Position numbers and translations under genes: made by a program. A stretch of DNA of 64,000 nucleotides, filler included, from Piptocephalis cylindrospora (lineage: Eukaryota): assembly GCA_003614145.1 (NCBI GenBank). It is 7 parts of 7 records of this genome, joined end to end, with 100 filler letters (N's around TTAATTAATTAA, not from the genome) between each part and the next. Parts side by side here need not be neighbours in the genome. Positions count along the whole stretch, not along the records: positions 47,899 to 57,301 come from KZ988083.1; positions 57,402 to 64,000 come from KZ988270.1; 5 more parts are not named here. One strand, written 5' to 3'. Of the stretch, positions 47,899 to 61,667 are shown piece after piece. Every line of letters starts with the position of its first letter. Within the stretch, counting starts at the first letter, position 1. The notes under the pieces are model-generated. The model did not search any database. It had not been told where the DNA came from and saw only the letters and a list, made by a program, of their open reading frames with translations.

Positions 47899-48665
47899 AC
47901 GACCCCAAAGAGGATCGTGTGAGCATGGAGGACAGCCTGAACCATCAAGATGCCTTCCCATCAAAGCTTATCTTTTTCATTTAGTAAAGCTATGTGTGGG
48001 CCAGGATCATCCTTTACGACAAAAAAAAAGACAGACAGTATCCCGGAACAAACAGACACCTCCAGTGGTGTTTAGAGAAAATGAATATTGGTGCTGGGAA
48101 TTGCCACTCATTGCTTATCCCTTCCTCCACTATCAAGGTACGTGTTAGCCCACTCCCCCCCTTCCCTCGCCCAAAAACTTCTATGGGCCATCCTCACTCC
48201 GAACCACCAGCGGCCCTTCATATACACCCACACCCTCTTCTCAGGATCCCAGTCCAGGAAGGTAGAAGAAGTAAGGAAGGGGAAATCACGAGTCAAAGCA
48301 GAATTTTGCCAGAGAAGTGACTGCAGAGGCGGGGTGACTTGGACGAATGGAACAGCTCTCTCAGGAGCACCTGCGAGCCCATCTTCTAAGGAAAATCATG
48401 TTCATCTAGAACGGGATACGTGCTTTGCCCCTTTTTTCCCACCCTTCCTTAGCGGTTTATCTTGGTAAAGGGTATGTCCAGGCATCTTAGGTATAAATAA
48501 GACTCGAGGCTACAGTTCATTGAGAGAGCCCTGATTACTATCCACCTTACCATCCATCCCATCATCTCCTCCTTGCACCATCCCTTCCAAGTACCCCTTA
48601 CTCCTTACCCCCTACCCCCTATCCCTGCACCCCATACCGCCTGCACCCATTCCACTCTGTTTCCC

Positions 48666-49741
48666 ATGGAAGCTTACTTTGAAAGCACGACCACTTACGT
48701 CCCGGCCTCTACAGCCCCTTTTAAGCTGGCCACATCCATCCACAGGACTATCGGAAAGGGGGCCCAAGACAAATCCGATGGACCTACCCTACTCTTTGCC
48801 CATGCCAATGGTTATTTTAAAGAGATCTGGTTCCCCGTTATGCTCCGATTGGCCAGGGCTGGCTTCCATGGAACGTGCATCGCTTATGACATGAGGAACC
48901 ACGGCGATAGTGGTTTGGTCAACAACCCGATCCAGCATCAGCTCGAGGGCTATGTCGTCAAGTGCAATCACACCAACGATGATGCTCAAGCCGTTATTCG
49001 TGGACTAGATCTCAAGGGTCCCATCATCGGCATTGGCCATTCCATGGGCGGTATGGCCCTTCTAAGAACCGAGCTGGCTCACCCTGGTACCTTTGAGCGC
49101 ATTATTGCTCTTGACCCCACGGTTTACGTCAACACCGACGGTATAAAGACTGAGGATCAAATAGTTCATGGCTTTATTGCGTTTGCCATGAAGAGGCGTT
49201 CCCATTGGCCTTCTCGGTAAGTAAAAGAGATGAAAGAGTAAAGTGGAATAGGATGGGATGGAGGTACTGGGTACTCATACACATCTCTTTTCTCTGGACG
49301 ATTAGAAACGCCGCTTGGGAAGATCTACGACAACATTTTTACCACGTCAATTGGCACCCCGAGATGCTCGCGACATTTGTCCAACACGGACTGATCCGGG
49401 ATCCAGTCAGGGGCGGCTTCATGCTCAAAAGTACACTCGAGGAAGAATGCAACATCTATCGGGGCAACAACCTTCAAGCCACCAGAACGGGTAGGGATGT
49501 TTCCCAGCTCAACCTTCCCGTCACCTACATTTGTGGCCGTAAGTCTCGAATGATCCCCATGGTCATGGCTGTTCAGACTGCCATGAAGACTAAGGGATCT
49601 GAATTTATCGTCATGTCCAAGGGAACCCACATGATCCTTATGGAGGAGGTGGACCGTATTTCCGTGGAGATTACACGAATTCTAAAGGAGGACCGACGTC
49701 CCAAGGTAGCCGTCACTACCCCTGTCTTATCACATCTTTGA
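48666..49741 (+). CDS. Alpha/beta hydrolase (Lpx1-like) with PTS1-like SHL; single intron 49217-49305
   Basis: LLFAHANGYFKEIW, DMRNHGDSG, GIGHSMGG, THMILME, C-terminal SHL. Confidence 0.88.
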
Positions 49742-51972
49742 TATGTGCGATCTCATTATAATGTACGGAAAAGAAGGGTGGGGCTGGTATCAGTATACAA
49801 TGCATGTAGTAAACCCGTTATATTTCCCCAGGTGAGGTAGGCTGATGAATAAGCTGCATGCATCTTGAATGGGTGGCATCATTACCTTTAGTCTTAGTAT
49901 AATGTATAATTAGAGGACAGGCAATCGAAATCTAGAATTGTCTTTCTTTTTATAATAGCTCTTTATATCCTATTCATCCTCAGGCCTTTCTATGCCAGCG
50001 GGTATAGAAAGGAGTAGGGGGAAGGGCTAGAGCCCAGCAGCCAGCCAACCAGAGAGTTAGCCTCGCAAAAATAAACAGAACCAACAAAACAAAGTGAACT
50101 CTTCGACACTCGTGGGGAGTTTGGGTCTTCAGGAGAAAGCTGATCCATACTAGTGAACGCAGGCGGTTTTTATTATTATTATTTATGAGAGAAATTTTTA
50201 GGCTCCGCCCTAAGAAAATAGAGACTATTTGGGAAGGAGTGCATTACTATTTTAATCTTTTATTTTTAATAAGAGGAAGTATTCCATAGAGATTGGTGAT
50301 ACCCTCCTACAGCGCATCTTTATTAATTCAATCTTGGGTAGGAAGGAATGTGTCTTGTTTAAAGATATGGATAAGAGGAAAAATATCATACTTTTCCTAC
50401 CAACGCCTCTGGCCAGGAGGGTAGGCAAGAGCAGTATCATTCACGCTATCTCAGCTGGTGAACGCAATGCATTCACAGGCGGCTGGGTTTCACCCTTTTT
50501 CCCTCGGCAATCCTATGTCCCTCAAGGCCCCATTCTCCATTGCCTCCAAAAAGGGTGCCATGGCTTCTTTCCCCTCATATAGAGATAGTCCTTCATCCTT
50601 TCACCCCAGATATGTCAATTATGGCTTCAATGGGATAAAAGGATCACGGTGACGTGAGACAGACCACGTCCACGTTCCCTGGACCTTCCTATCCCACCCA
50701 TCAGGGGAGTTCCTGGCAAAGAACTTATCTTGAATAGCTGGCGCTTTCCGTGTGCCGATCCCCATTGGTGATGGGTACTTTTAGTACACAGACCCAAGGC
50801 TTTATAATCTTCATGTCTCCCCGGGGAAGGAGTATCTCCATACAAAATCCGTTCTCGCTCATGAGCTCATGAGACCATGCCATCAAGCCCGATAAGAAGG
50901 AGCCTGTCCACTTGGACCCTAAAGAGCATGAAAGTGCTATGGAGGGTTTCGTGAACCTCGATTCCAACTGGCTCCAAACAACTACCTCCAGGTACGAGGA
51001 TGGCGACAAGGCCTCTACAATCCAGATGGAGCCAATGGGGCATAATCCCATCCAGAACGCCCTTCTCGCTCGTACCACATTGACCAGACCAAGGAGAGAC
51101 TTGAAGGACCTACTCTATCTGGTACTCCTGGGGAGATTGGCGCTCTTGCAAAGTGTTAAACTTCAAAGTTTAAACACCATTACCAAGGCAACATGTATAG
51201 GTGGATGAAAGACCCGTCCCTTTCCCCCTCTCCCTGCTTCAGATACTATTCATTGCAGGTCTAGATACCCGCCTGTGCTCCTTTTCTCTGCAAGGGCGAT
51301 ATCATGTGGGAAGAAACGGTCCCTGTTTTTCCCTCTTACCGCTTCCCCTTATGGGATCAAGGATAAAAAGGAATATCCATTCCTTTTTTCAAGACACCCT
51401 CCCCTTTCTGTCCACCCCATTCATCACCCTTCCCTACCCTTATTCGCGCCTCCCGTTTCACCGGCGTCTGATTCGACCTTTCCAACTCCTCCATCCCGCG
51501 AAACGTGCCCCAATCTGCCCTCTCAGCGGCTTTTGAGTGTTAGTCCTTACGACTACACTAGTAGCACATCACCCCAGCATACCATCTAGCTCCCACACCA
51601 GTCCCCCAGCTCCCAGGACAGTCCCCCCTGTCAACTCCGCCCTGGTAAAACTCCACGCGAACCTGAGTCTCGCCTTTCACCCTCCGTCTGGCTGCTCACC
51701 TGGGCGACTGCTCCAAATCCCTTGGTTACCCTCACCCCCCTTTTTGATTCTCCCATTGCGGGACGTTCCTTTTCTTGGTTCTCTCGGGGCCTTGAACTCC
51801 TTTGATATCCATCATCAGCGGGCGATCCCTACGCATTCGTCCATCCCATTTCCCTATTTAAGATGCATTCCCCCATCCAAATTCGCAATTCTTGCTTCTC
51901 CTCCCCTATCCATCTCTCCTCACTATCTATACTCACTTGTTCATCTGCATGCCTCTCTTTGAAATCCCAAGC

Positions 51973-53450
51973 ATGGAAAAGTACTGGTCTACCATCACTA
52001 AGATCATTCCATCCGCCACTCCTGGATTGAGTCTATCGACGTCCTTGCACCAGACCATCGGTCCAACCAACCCCCAAGAAGGCCCCACACTTCTTTTCGC
52101 ACATGGTCTCGGAAGCTGCAAGGAGATGTGGTGCCCTATCCTGATTCGGATGGCCAAGTTGGGCTTCCGTGGTACTTGTATCACCTATGACATTCGCACT
52201 CATGGAGAAAGTGCTATAATCAATGCCGAAGCCGTAAAGCAATGCCAGTACAAGTGTAAGTTCCTCATCCGCCCCACCCAGTTCAACTTTATTATCTCAT
52301 CTCCCGGCCCTCCTCGTAGTCCGATGCTCTGATAACACGGCAGACGTCAGTGCTGTCATCCGGGGCTGGAACGTGCGAAAACCTCTGATTGGAGTGGGTC
52401 ATTCCATTGGAGGTTGCAGCATGTAAGCAGACTAAGAGATGGGGGAGACAAGGGGGTTCCCTGCTAAACCCACGCTCTTTCCTAGATTGATGAATGAAGT
52501 TGAACGGCCCTACACCTTCCGTGCTATCATCGGTTTCGAGATTGTATCGTGGTGCGAATCAGTGGCCCATATGAAGGCCGATGAGCTTCAGACCATCATG
52601 ACCCTCAAGACCAGTCGGAAACGGGGTCAATGGGCATCTCGGTTAGTCCTTTCTTCCTTGTGGGCGTAGATGGGCTCCTTGGGCATATCTCACCATCGCC
52701 ATTGAACCCAATCTAATCTCCTCTTGACACAGTGAGGAAGCAGCCGACTTTATGCGTAAGAACCAACACTACATGCATTGGGATCCTGAGGCATTACACA
52801 ACTTTCTCCAGTATGCCGTGCATGACAGCCCGGGGGGGAAGGGTGTGGCCCTCAAGTGTCCCCCAGAGATCGAAGCGGTATGTGGAAGAGTATGCTCTTT
52901 ATGCACTGTATGCCCCTCTTACTAACTCCCTTATCCTCCATGATCCATAGGACGGATTCAGAGGGAATGACATTACCAGTGAACTGGCTGAAAATCTTTA
53001 TAGGATTCGCGTCCCCGTTTTTTATGTATGCTCTCCCAAGTCCCCCCTAATGTAAGTTTTCCCTTTATGGCTGTATGGCAATAAAAGGGTATCTGACACC
53101 CTGCCATCTAGTCCCAAGGTCATGGTGGAGGAGAATGTACGAAGGACCAAGGGGAGCCAACGGCTCTTCGTCCCCGGCACGGGTCATTCGGTGAGTCTGA
53201 GGTGTTTCACGACCGATTACCCCGTTCGTCTAACCTTACACCCCCTTTCCCTCACTCATTATTGACCCGATTAGATCCCATATGAAAAACTGGATATGAC
53301 TGGTAAGTGTCCTATGAATGGAGTGGCTTATGACCCGGAAATTCACCCTCCCCTCCCCCTTCCACTTTAGCCTGGGAAATTGTACGCACGGCCCGTTTAC
53401 ATCACCCTGATGCGGTGGATGAGTGTACTTTTGCTCAGGCCAAGCTTTAA
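51973..53450 (+). CDS. Paralogous alpha/beta hydrolase (Lpx1-like) with PTS1 AKL; seven introns
   Basis: LLFAHGLGSCKEMW, DIRTHGES, GVGHSIGG, LKCPPEIEA, GTGHSIPYE, ends AQAKL*. All seven GT-AG introns were checked by hand for frame. Confidence 0.85.
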
Positions 53451-54073
53451 GTCCACTTCCCTCCTGGACGGGCTTTACCAGCACGGGGAGGGGATGAGAC
53501 AGTGGGCTGGGGAGAGATTCGTGATTGTGGAGTAGGATGGCGCGAATACACATCTTGTTCATGTTAGTCAACTCTGCATCCGTCTGCAATTGCTGTATGC
53601 GTCAATGCATGAGGAAGGAAAGAGCCGTTTCCCTGTGTGATGAATGGCCTTGGGAACAAGGAGATGGACCTGGGACAGAGAAAGGGATGTGTCAGCAGTC
53701 GAAGCAGATCTCCGCTCCTGGAGGGAGGAGACACACATGTCTCTCCTCTCTCCCTGACACTGGCCCATCAAGGCAAAAAGAGCGGCGATCCAAAGAAGGA
53801 AAAAGTCCGCACCAGTGTGTGCGAGAGGGTGAGGGGTGACAGGATGGTGTGAGCCTCAATGAGATATAGCGTAGTGGTGCGGGTAGTAATACTACAGATC
53901 CACGTAGTACTAGGAAAGGCTCATGGGGTCCCCAATAAATTCAGCCTTCCCACTCGTCCCTGTTGCCATCTATCCTTTAAGCGGAACCCATCCTTTCTTC
54001 CTTCCTACCTTTCATCTCATTTTCTAGTCAATCATCCCATCTGATTCCCTCCCCCCCGCTCATACTCAACACC

Positions 54074-54425
54074 ATGACCGTAAGTAGACTATTAGTCCAG
54101 TGCACTCCCTCATCAGGGAAACTTCATCTCACCCCTGTCCAATAGAACATTTACAAGTTCAATGTGGCCATGACCTGCAGTGGTTGCTCCGGAGCTGTGG
54201 AGCGTGTGCTGAAGCGCCTTGAGGGTAGGTTTATCTCTTACTGTTAAGCAAGGCACACGAGTCCCCATCTTGACTCATCCTGCCCAATCTTTGACAGGTG
54301 TGGAGAGCAGTGATATCTCGTTGGAGAACCAGACTGTGGTGGTGACGGCCACTACAGCCACCAAGGAGCAGGTCTACGAGGCCATTAAGAAGACCGGCAA
54401 GGCGGTCACCCCCATTGAGTCCTAG
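54074..54425 (+). CDS. ATX1: Copper chaperone Atx1, 3 exons
   Basis: MT|NIYKFNVAMTCSGCSGAVERVLKRLEG|VES...AIKKTGK carries the MxCxxC and KTGK motifs. Confidence 0.95.
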
Positions 54426-54746
54426 ATATGCGTCGCTCTCTTGGCTGTGTGAGAGGAAGAGAAGAAGATATCATCCGTTTTCCTTTCTCGCAATCCATGG
54501 TATAAACCGTCCAATATGACAATCAATCAAAGATCCTCACATGACCATCGATCACCTAGTCATAAACAGCAAAAATGAAACTCAGAAACCCAATCAGAAA
54601 TGGTGTGTAATGGGGGAAGAGTGCTTACTTGAAAAGAAAATAGAAAGAAAGGATGACACAAGAAAAGGAGGAGGGGAAGAGGGGAGAGGGGGACACAGAG
54701 AGCTCTATATCATCATATCACATACACCACAGAAAGATGGAGTAAA

Positions 54747-55772
54747 TCAATCCTCTTGAAAGGAGGAAAGTTGCGAAGGTCTTGACCGATGAGGATGGGA
54801 TGGGGATGGAGAGGTGCGTCCCTTCTTGATTGGGCTATGGATGAAGAGAAGAAGGGTCAGTATGTCCAGCATGAACTACAATGAGGTGAGAGGAAAGTAC
54901 CTTTCGCCATCAGAATCAGAAAAATCCCCACTCAAATCCCCATCGGTATGCCGAACCCTCTTGACCGAGGGATGCGAGGGGCCAAGGGAAGGACTACGAC
55001 TGGAGGTGGGGGTACGTCCTCCCCTGTCGAATGATCCAGCGTCTCTTTGGACCTGGGCGGCTCGACGAACAACAGATCTGGAGGAGCCCGTCCGACCTGA
55101 CGAGAGACCCAAACACTTTTCCAGATGGGCAGCCCATCTGGGGGAAGCGACGGACCGATCACAATTTAAGCACGGGATGGGCTGATTAGCCATGGAGGAT
55201 GCGTTGGAGGACATAGAGGAGGAGGAAGGGGAAGGCGAGGGGAGACTAGGGCTCGTGTGTGTCGACGATGGGGTAGAGCCAGTATTGGAGGATACCATGA
55301 CTAGACGACGAGGAGGGGGAGGGGGCGCATAGATAATGAGTAGAATAGAGGGTGGAATATTTGGGGATACATGACCTACCATGTTGATTACACTCTCTGT
55401 AGCGAGGGGGGGAGGGGATGAATCGTCAATGACTACAAAAAAGCTAAGAAGCAACCCGAGATGACGCATATCTCTCCTCACCTTTGAAGGCATATGGGAC
55501 AGGGTTTTTCCTTGAGACGGTACGCACGGTGGCAGGCGTGTGCTTGATCCAAGAGGAGCTCCTCCACCAGATCCTCCATGAGAAGTAGGGCCTATCCAGG
55601 GATGAGGTGAGAACGGAAAGGGAGGGAGGGAGGGAAGGAGAACAAGACGTACCATGCGTGAGGGTGAAGGTGATTTCGGGGTCGAGGTAGACACTGGGAC
55701 AGATGGCATGGGAGATGATAGAGCCCCAGTAGCCTTTTCCAGAACGGGGAAATCAGATGGGGGCATGTTCAT
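54747..55772 (-). CDS. SGF11: SAGA deubiquitination module subunit Sgf11-like, multi-exon (5' exon structure uncertain)
   Basis: CLNCDRSVASPRWAAHLEKCLGL is the Sgf11 zinc finger. Predicted last exon ends ...SSFQED* at 54747. Confidence 0.78.
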
Positions 55773-56399
55773 GAAAGAAGAGGGACAAAGAAGGACTTTG
55801 GAGATGGAGACTGTGAAGTTGTTAGGGTAGGGTAGGAAAGTCGGGAGTTCAAGGCAAGTCAGAATGTGGTATTATCTGACCCTGTGCACTGGTCTGAATA
55901 GTCCCTGTGGAAGATCTTTGATACTTCTTGGTGATGAAGGCACATGTAGAGAGCAGTACGGAAGGAAATGATAAAGCTGTTGAATTAATCCCCGTTCCTT
56001 CATATACGAGATGAATTGAACAGAGAGACAGTACTGATCGTTCACATAAATAAGGCTAGCCATAAGGCCATCGCGTAAATAAAAGTATTTTAGTAAGGAT
56101 ACTAAAATAGTGTGATGCACCATTTTATGTACATCGCTTTATATACATTATTTTATACACATGAAAAGAGGCGAGTGGTATAAATTACCCATAGTCTTCT
56201 GAATGACCCGTAAAGACCGGGATGAACTGACCGTCTCCACTGCTGGCTACCATCTTCCTTGTGGATTCCATGATCATCTACCCTGGGAGGAGGTGTGCTA
56301 ATGGTTTTCTATAGCACCCATTTCAAAAATTACTGTACAGGGCACACGTCGGGAACATTGTTTCTGGTGTCACGCGGCCCGGCCAAATGAGGCGGGCTA

Positions 56400-56447
56400 T
56401 GTGTTCGGATGCCTTTAGCGCCTACCCCACTAAGGGAAAATAAAAAT
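56400..56447 (+). repeat. Dispersed ~47-bp intergenic motif, copy B
   Basis: TGTGTTCGGATGCCTTTAGCGCCTACCCCACTAAGGGAAAATAAAAAT aligns with the reverse complement of 19121-19166. Confidence 0.7.
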
Positions 56448-57038
56448 GGTTTCAACAGCAACAACAACAACCGGGATGAACTTCCTCCTTGATGTAAGTC
56501 TATCCACCATTCTAACCTATTAATGAAGCTTCACTCAATTGTCCATCCCCAAACCTCCAACCCACGACTTTACGTCTCATCCCGAGCAAGGAAAACCAAT
56601 GAACATCTATTTTTTTTATAAGAAAGAGATGCTATCAATGGTCTGAAGAAAGAGGATGAATGGCCACTCCGCCTTCCTCTATCGCTCTTGAAGATCTACA
56701 GTAGTCTTGAACCTCTCCTCTATCCCCACTCGTCCCACCAGATTATCGGCAAAACAAGACAAGGCGGAGTTTCCACCCATCCGATCCAGGCTTGCCTGGA
56801 GTTCATCGCGCGTTTCCAGAGCGTCGGTGTCGCTCTCATCAGACGCTCCCTCCTCCTCATTCGCGATCTTGATCTTCCTATGTGTGGGAGAGGCAGCATG
56901 GGAAGGAGGGAGAAGCAGCATCAAAAGGAGGGAAAGCCAAAAGAACTGGGGTATACGGGTCGTCGATCCGCACTCATACATCCCATTCTACTTGTACTTC
57001 TTTCCTCCTTTCCCTTCTCTCTCCTTCCACGTACGGTA

Positions 57039-57301
57039 ATGCCCCGTCAGCTCTCCAGCATCTCGGCAAGAAAAAAAACCACGACAGCTCCCAGTTATCA
57101 ACCTCGTCGTCCATCTAGGCTACGCTCAGCCTTGACCCTCGAAGCCTCACCCTCTCCTATCCCAACACCCAGTGGTCCAGGGAAGGATCCAGTGACCTTA
57201 GCCTCCTCCTCCTCCTCCTCCTCCTCCTCCTCCCCCTCCCCATTCACCACCACCACGGCCGCTACGGCTTTCGTATCTCCGTGTGGACCAGGTGCTCCCA
57301 T
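57039..57301 (+). CDS. Hypothetical protein, 5' fragment truncated by contig end
   Basis: MPRQLSSISARKKTTT... open to the linker and preceded by a pyrimidine-rich leader like other genes here. No recognisable domain. Confidence 0.4.
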
Positions 57302-57401
57302 NNNNNNNNNNNNNNNNNNNNNNNNNNNNNNNNNNNNNNNNNNNNTTAATTAATTAANNNNNNNNNNNNNNNNNNNNNNNNNNNNNNNNNNNNNNNNNNN
57401 N
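57302..57401. other. Artificial contig linker
   Basis: N44-TTAATTAATTAA-N44. Confidence 0.98.
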
Positions 57402-57860
57402 CCCGATAATGTCCCTCTTGCTCAGGCTATTCCTCAGGGTGCCAAGGCTCAGGCTGCTCCATCCACTCCTACGGCCCATGCCTCCCCAGCTCCTCCCAAG
57501 GTTCAACCCTCTGTTGCCTCTCCAGTTTCTGCTTCTTCCGCTTCGGTAGCTTCGGCTTCCTCAGGCTCCACCTCTTCGACCAAGCCCAAGCCCAACCCTG
57601 TCAATACGCGCCTGTGGCAAGATAAGTCCGGGACATATCAAGTGGACGCCGAATTCCTTCGGTATGAGGAGGAGCAAGGCAAGGTGCATCTCCACAAGGT
57701 GAATGGGGTCAAGATTGCCGTGCCTCTGATTAAGTTAAGTGCCACAGACGTAGCCCATGTTGAAAAGCTTACGGGCATGGACCTTGGATCAGGAACTGTG
57801 AAGGAGGAAGGCGCTCAAAAGCCCAAAGCGACTCCTCCCCTTTCCACCTCTACTTCATCC
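57402..57860 (+). repeat. 459-bp inverted duplicate of SLA1 coding sequence (63542-64000)
   Basis: Both ends match the reverse complement of the window end. ORF 57642-57887 repeats the SHD1 translation and then diverges after STSTSSS. Confidence 0.95.
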
Positions 57861-60800
57861 ATCGCGCTACCTGTTTGTCGCGGGTAGGTGGACAAGCCTA
57901 CCGCCACACCATCTGATCTTTCAATGGGTATGTGCGCAAGGTATATCGGGGTCTGAGCTCCGTCCTCATTGTGTGTATTGGTGCTGTTGGGCCGTGGTAC
58001 AGATCCTCCTTACCCTCCTCGGATCCATCTGGTGTCCTCTTCGATCCTTTTGATAGCATGTCCGATGGATCCAAGCATTCACCACCTTTACCTAAGAGAC
58101 TTCTACATAGAATGTCCTTTCCGTGGTCATGCGCCTCCGTCCACTCAGGATCTGATCTAGGAGAGAACCTACGTCAAGTGGACACATTGAATGAATATAC
58201 GACATCCTTTATAGTCTCCCCTACCATCTCTTCCCCTCTCTCTTACCTAGTAAGCCCCATGGACTGAGGAGTAAGTCATTGAAGAGGGGGACCGCCTCTC
58301 CCCTTCTATCATTCGTTTATAGGAATATCCATTCTGTAGCAGGACTTGCTCAAGGAGAGGAATAAGGACCAGGCCACTTTCTCGGTGCAATAAGGGGAAA
58401 GGCTCAACTCTCGGCCGCTCTTCCTTCGCCTCTTCCTCCAGCTGCTTTCCCTCTTGGATTGGTCCTTTCCTCCAGGATGCGCATCCAGGCCATATCCGTG
58501 TCACCAAGGCTCTCTTCCGCTGTGAGCTCGTCCGTCGGTGGGTGGCCCCTCTGCAAGGCCCTTCCTATTCCTCTTTCCTACGTCAAAGCCCGTCAGTCTC
58601 GCCCACACTCGATGGAAAGCTCTTGGCGATAGCAATGTGCTGTTGCCTCACCAGGAATGGGCCCGCGAGGGTAGGACAGATGATGGCATACGGTGGGGAA
58701 GCATGACCATTCTCACCCATTGGTCTCCCCCCTGGTAGACAAACATAGGGAGGGAGGGGAGAGAAGAAAAGCATCCTCTTCTTTCACTGGTGCGCGTGAG
58801 TCTTAGAGAAATACCTCTCCTCCTCCTCCCCTTAGTACTAAGTGATCCTCGAAGTGCAGGCCAAGGGTTGGACAAGGGCCCTGCCAAGACTTTTTCCTGT
58901 CCATGCAAGAGGAAACCGCCCCAGGATCACTCTCTCCTTCCTCCATACCAACAAGTCAATCGTGCTTCTTTCCTCCTTGGAAGCTGCAGACATTTACTGC
59001 GGATCTATTGGAAGAATGAGGCAGTGCAGTGGGACAGACGTGGGCCCCATGATGCATGGGATGTCCCATCCATTTCGGTCATTTTTTCCATTGATCCTCA
59101 TCTGGGGCTGTCTTCCACCTCTTCCCCTGGGCAGAGCCTTCCGAACGCCCATGCCCTTCTCCCCATCTCGCATCCTTTCCCTTTTCCCAAATCTTGTCTG
59201 CACCCACAGGTTGATTGTCTATAAAAGCAGCAGAAAAAGTCAGCTTACTTTACACCTCAATCTTGACCTCCTCATCCACACCACACATACTCACTCCTCT
59301 CCTCCTCCAGTCGCATACTCTTACATAAATACCACATTCACATCATCCCCCCCCAAATACACAGTTATACTCAGATCATACCTTTCTATCCCCCTTACCC
59401 CCATTCACCTTGCCTTGAGATAGCTATACACAGTCCTGGACTAACGCTTTCGACTAGTACAGACCATGCTCACCTGACCATAAATGAACTAACATGTCAC
59501 TGGATGTGATGGCACTATGCCACATTATTTCTTGCTTTGCTTTGCTCTGCTCTTCTATGCTTTTCCTTCCCTGCAGCTTCCAGTTCAAGGTTCCAAGTTC
59601 TAGATGACCAGAGCTTGCGTGAATCCTAGCGAAAAGGCCTGGAGGGCTATGGTAAGTTTCTTGACAATGGCATCTTTCTCTCACTGCATCCTGGGCCTTA
59701 CCTCCGACTCTCCTTTCCCTCCCCGTACTTCAGGCGCGGCCAAATGTACATCCATTCGTACAAGCGCCCCCCCAGGCCAGGATTCAGACTTCGTGCCCAT
59801 CGTACTCAGGCCCCTCATGGATACTGGTTCCTTTGACGGGGATGAAAGTTTCATTTCCTTCCACTTTGTACACTTCCTCGTTCGTACCTACTTCGTGTAC
59901 AATTCCTCCATTGTGCCAACTTGTCCTCCATTGCATCGGCCTTGTCTGCCTCGTGCATCTCTGCTTGGACACTTGTCCGCTTCAAAATACAGCCCACTCC
60001 ACCTTTTCTCCTCCTAAAACCTAAACTTCCACCAATTGTAAATCGCCAACAGCCGGACTCACATTGTTCTGAGGTCTTCTCACGTGCTTTCCATCGACTC
60101 TCACGTTCCGCTTAAGCTTCAAAGACGCTAGGAGGAAATAGTTTGCCAGGAATGGCATTGAGTTAAAGTCAGTCCACCATCCCATATTAATATTCATGAT
60201 CCACTTACATGTCAAAGAGTCGTCGTTAATCATGGTAATTCTCTTTATGAATTCTCTGGATGGGCTAGGGGCGTCTTTCAGCCAACTTGGTCCTTCCCTG
60301 TGCGGTGCCCATTACTCCGTACAATTCATATACCTGCTTCATACTTTTCATAATTCTGCGGCTCGATTGTCTCGAATGTTTTGGGAACACTAAGACTGAC
60401 TTTGACTCGGTATTAGCCAACTGTCGATACTTATGAGCGATGGGTCAGACATGGCTAGGGGCACGGGAACTCATCGCGCTTGATAAGAGCAGTTCTAGTC
60501 TACACTCCGTCCGCCAGTACTTGTATATCCGGCGTTTATAGGAACCTTGTGAATAGAGCTGAGCTGAGAAGTGAAAATGACACCTCGTGCCTCGTCAAAT
60601 GTGGTGATGGCATAGGGATCGGTATTCACTAAAGTAGACATTTAGACATTATAGCGAAACAATGGGTGATAAAGAAAGAAATTCGCATCCTAATAGCCTC
60701 TCCTTCCCCGACAGCCGTCGGTCCCATCAGGTAATGTGACGAAGAGCATAGGAGCAAGATGAAGTAGGCCAGAGATTTGGGGCAGAGGATATGGAGTAGT

Positions 60801-61667
60801 AAAGGTTTTCGCTATTCAAAATGGAAGATAGAGCATGGCGGATAATGAGGAGCAAAGAAATGGACGATATGGACCGGGAGGTTCCAAGCTCTGCTTAGTT
60901 TGGGAAGTGTCTTATAAAAGGTTAGCCAGGCTCATGAAGCATAGCGTAGATTCGGTGACTGTATTGGTGGAACCTTGTCAGTTCGCTACGACCAGGGATT
61001 GACCAATAGAACGTCAATAGATGCACCGCTTGTCCCAGCGGCCTTTCCTTTCAGCCACATCTAGCACGTTTCTGGTGCTCCTCCCCACATTGGTACCCAG
61101 ATACAGGGGATAATGCCGATCTCAGCTCTGATCTCTCTGGGGAAAATGGTAGTTAGCCTGTATGCACAAGTGCTCTAGGGAGGCCCTCTAGCAGAGAGTC
61201 AATACATTTCTCTGGGAGGGTGAGTGCTTCATGGGTTGCGTAGTTTATTCCATGAAAGTGAATACCATTAATGCGAAGCAGGCGCCGACCATATGTCTCA
61301 TGATTGATCATACCAGCAGAGCAGATGGTCCTGTGTAAAAGTTTCTGCATGGCACATATCATATCTCCATCAAGCAAGAAAAATATGCTTTCAAATGTAA
61401 AGACCATGAGGCATAGTAAAAAGAGCGCACCCCGATGGATTGGCCAAGATCCCCTTAAACAGGCCCATCATACTTCCTATCATATTGGTGTTTTTCCTGA
61501 AGCCCTCAGGAAATGTCCAATCAAGTCTCAGACGAGAATAACGTAGACATAAACGATGTTTTCTTGTATATCTTCTTGCATGGAATACTGCGTATTCCCT
61601 CCATCTCGTTCAGCCAGATCCGCCTCATCCCACCCAGTGTATAAGAATGTTTTCAGCGTCCTAATGA

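Noticed and set aside
56679..56981. 100-aa ORF with a signal-like hydrophobic stretch
   Set aside because: Could be a small secreted protein, but there is no supporting motif and it overlaps competing ORFs. Left uncalled.
57861..61660. Possible degenerate gene or transposon relic (TATAAAAG at ~59220, short broken ORFs)
   Set aside because: No consistent frame and no RT, integrase or transposase motif recognised. A translated homology search would be needed.
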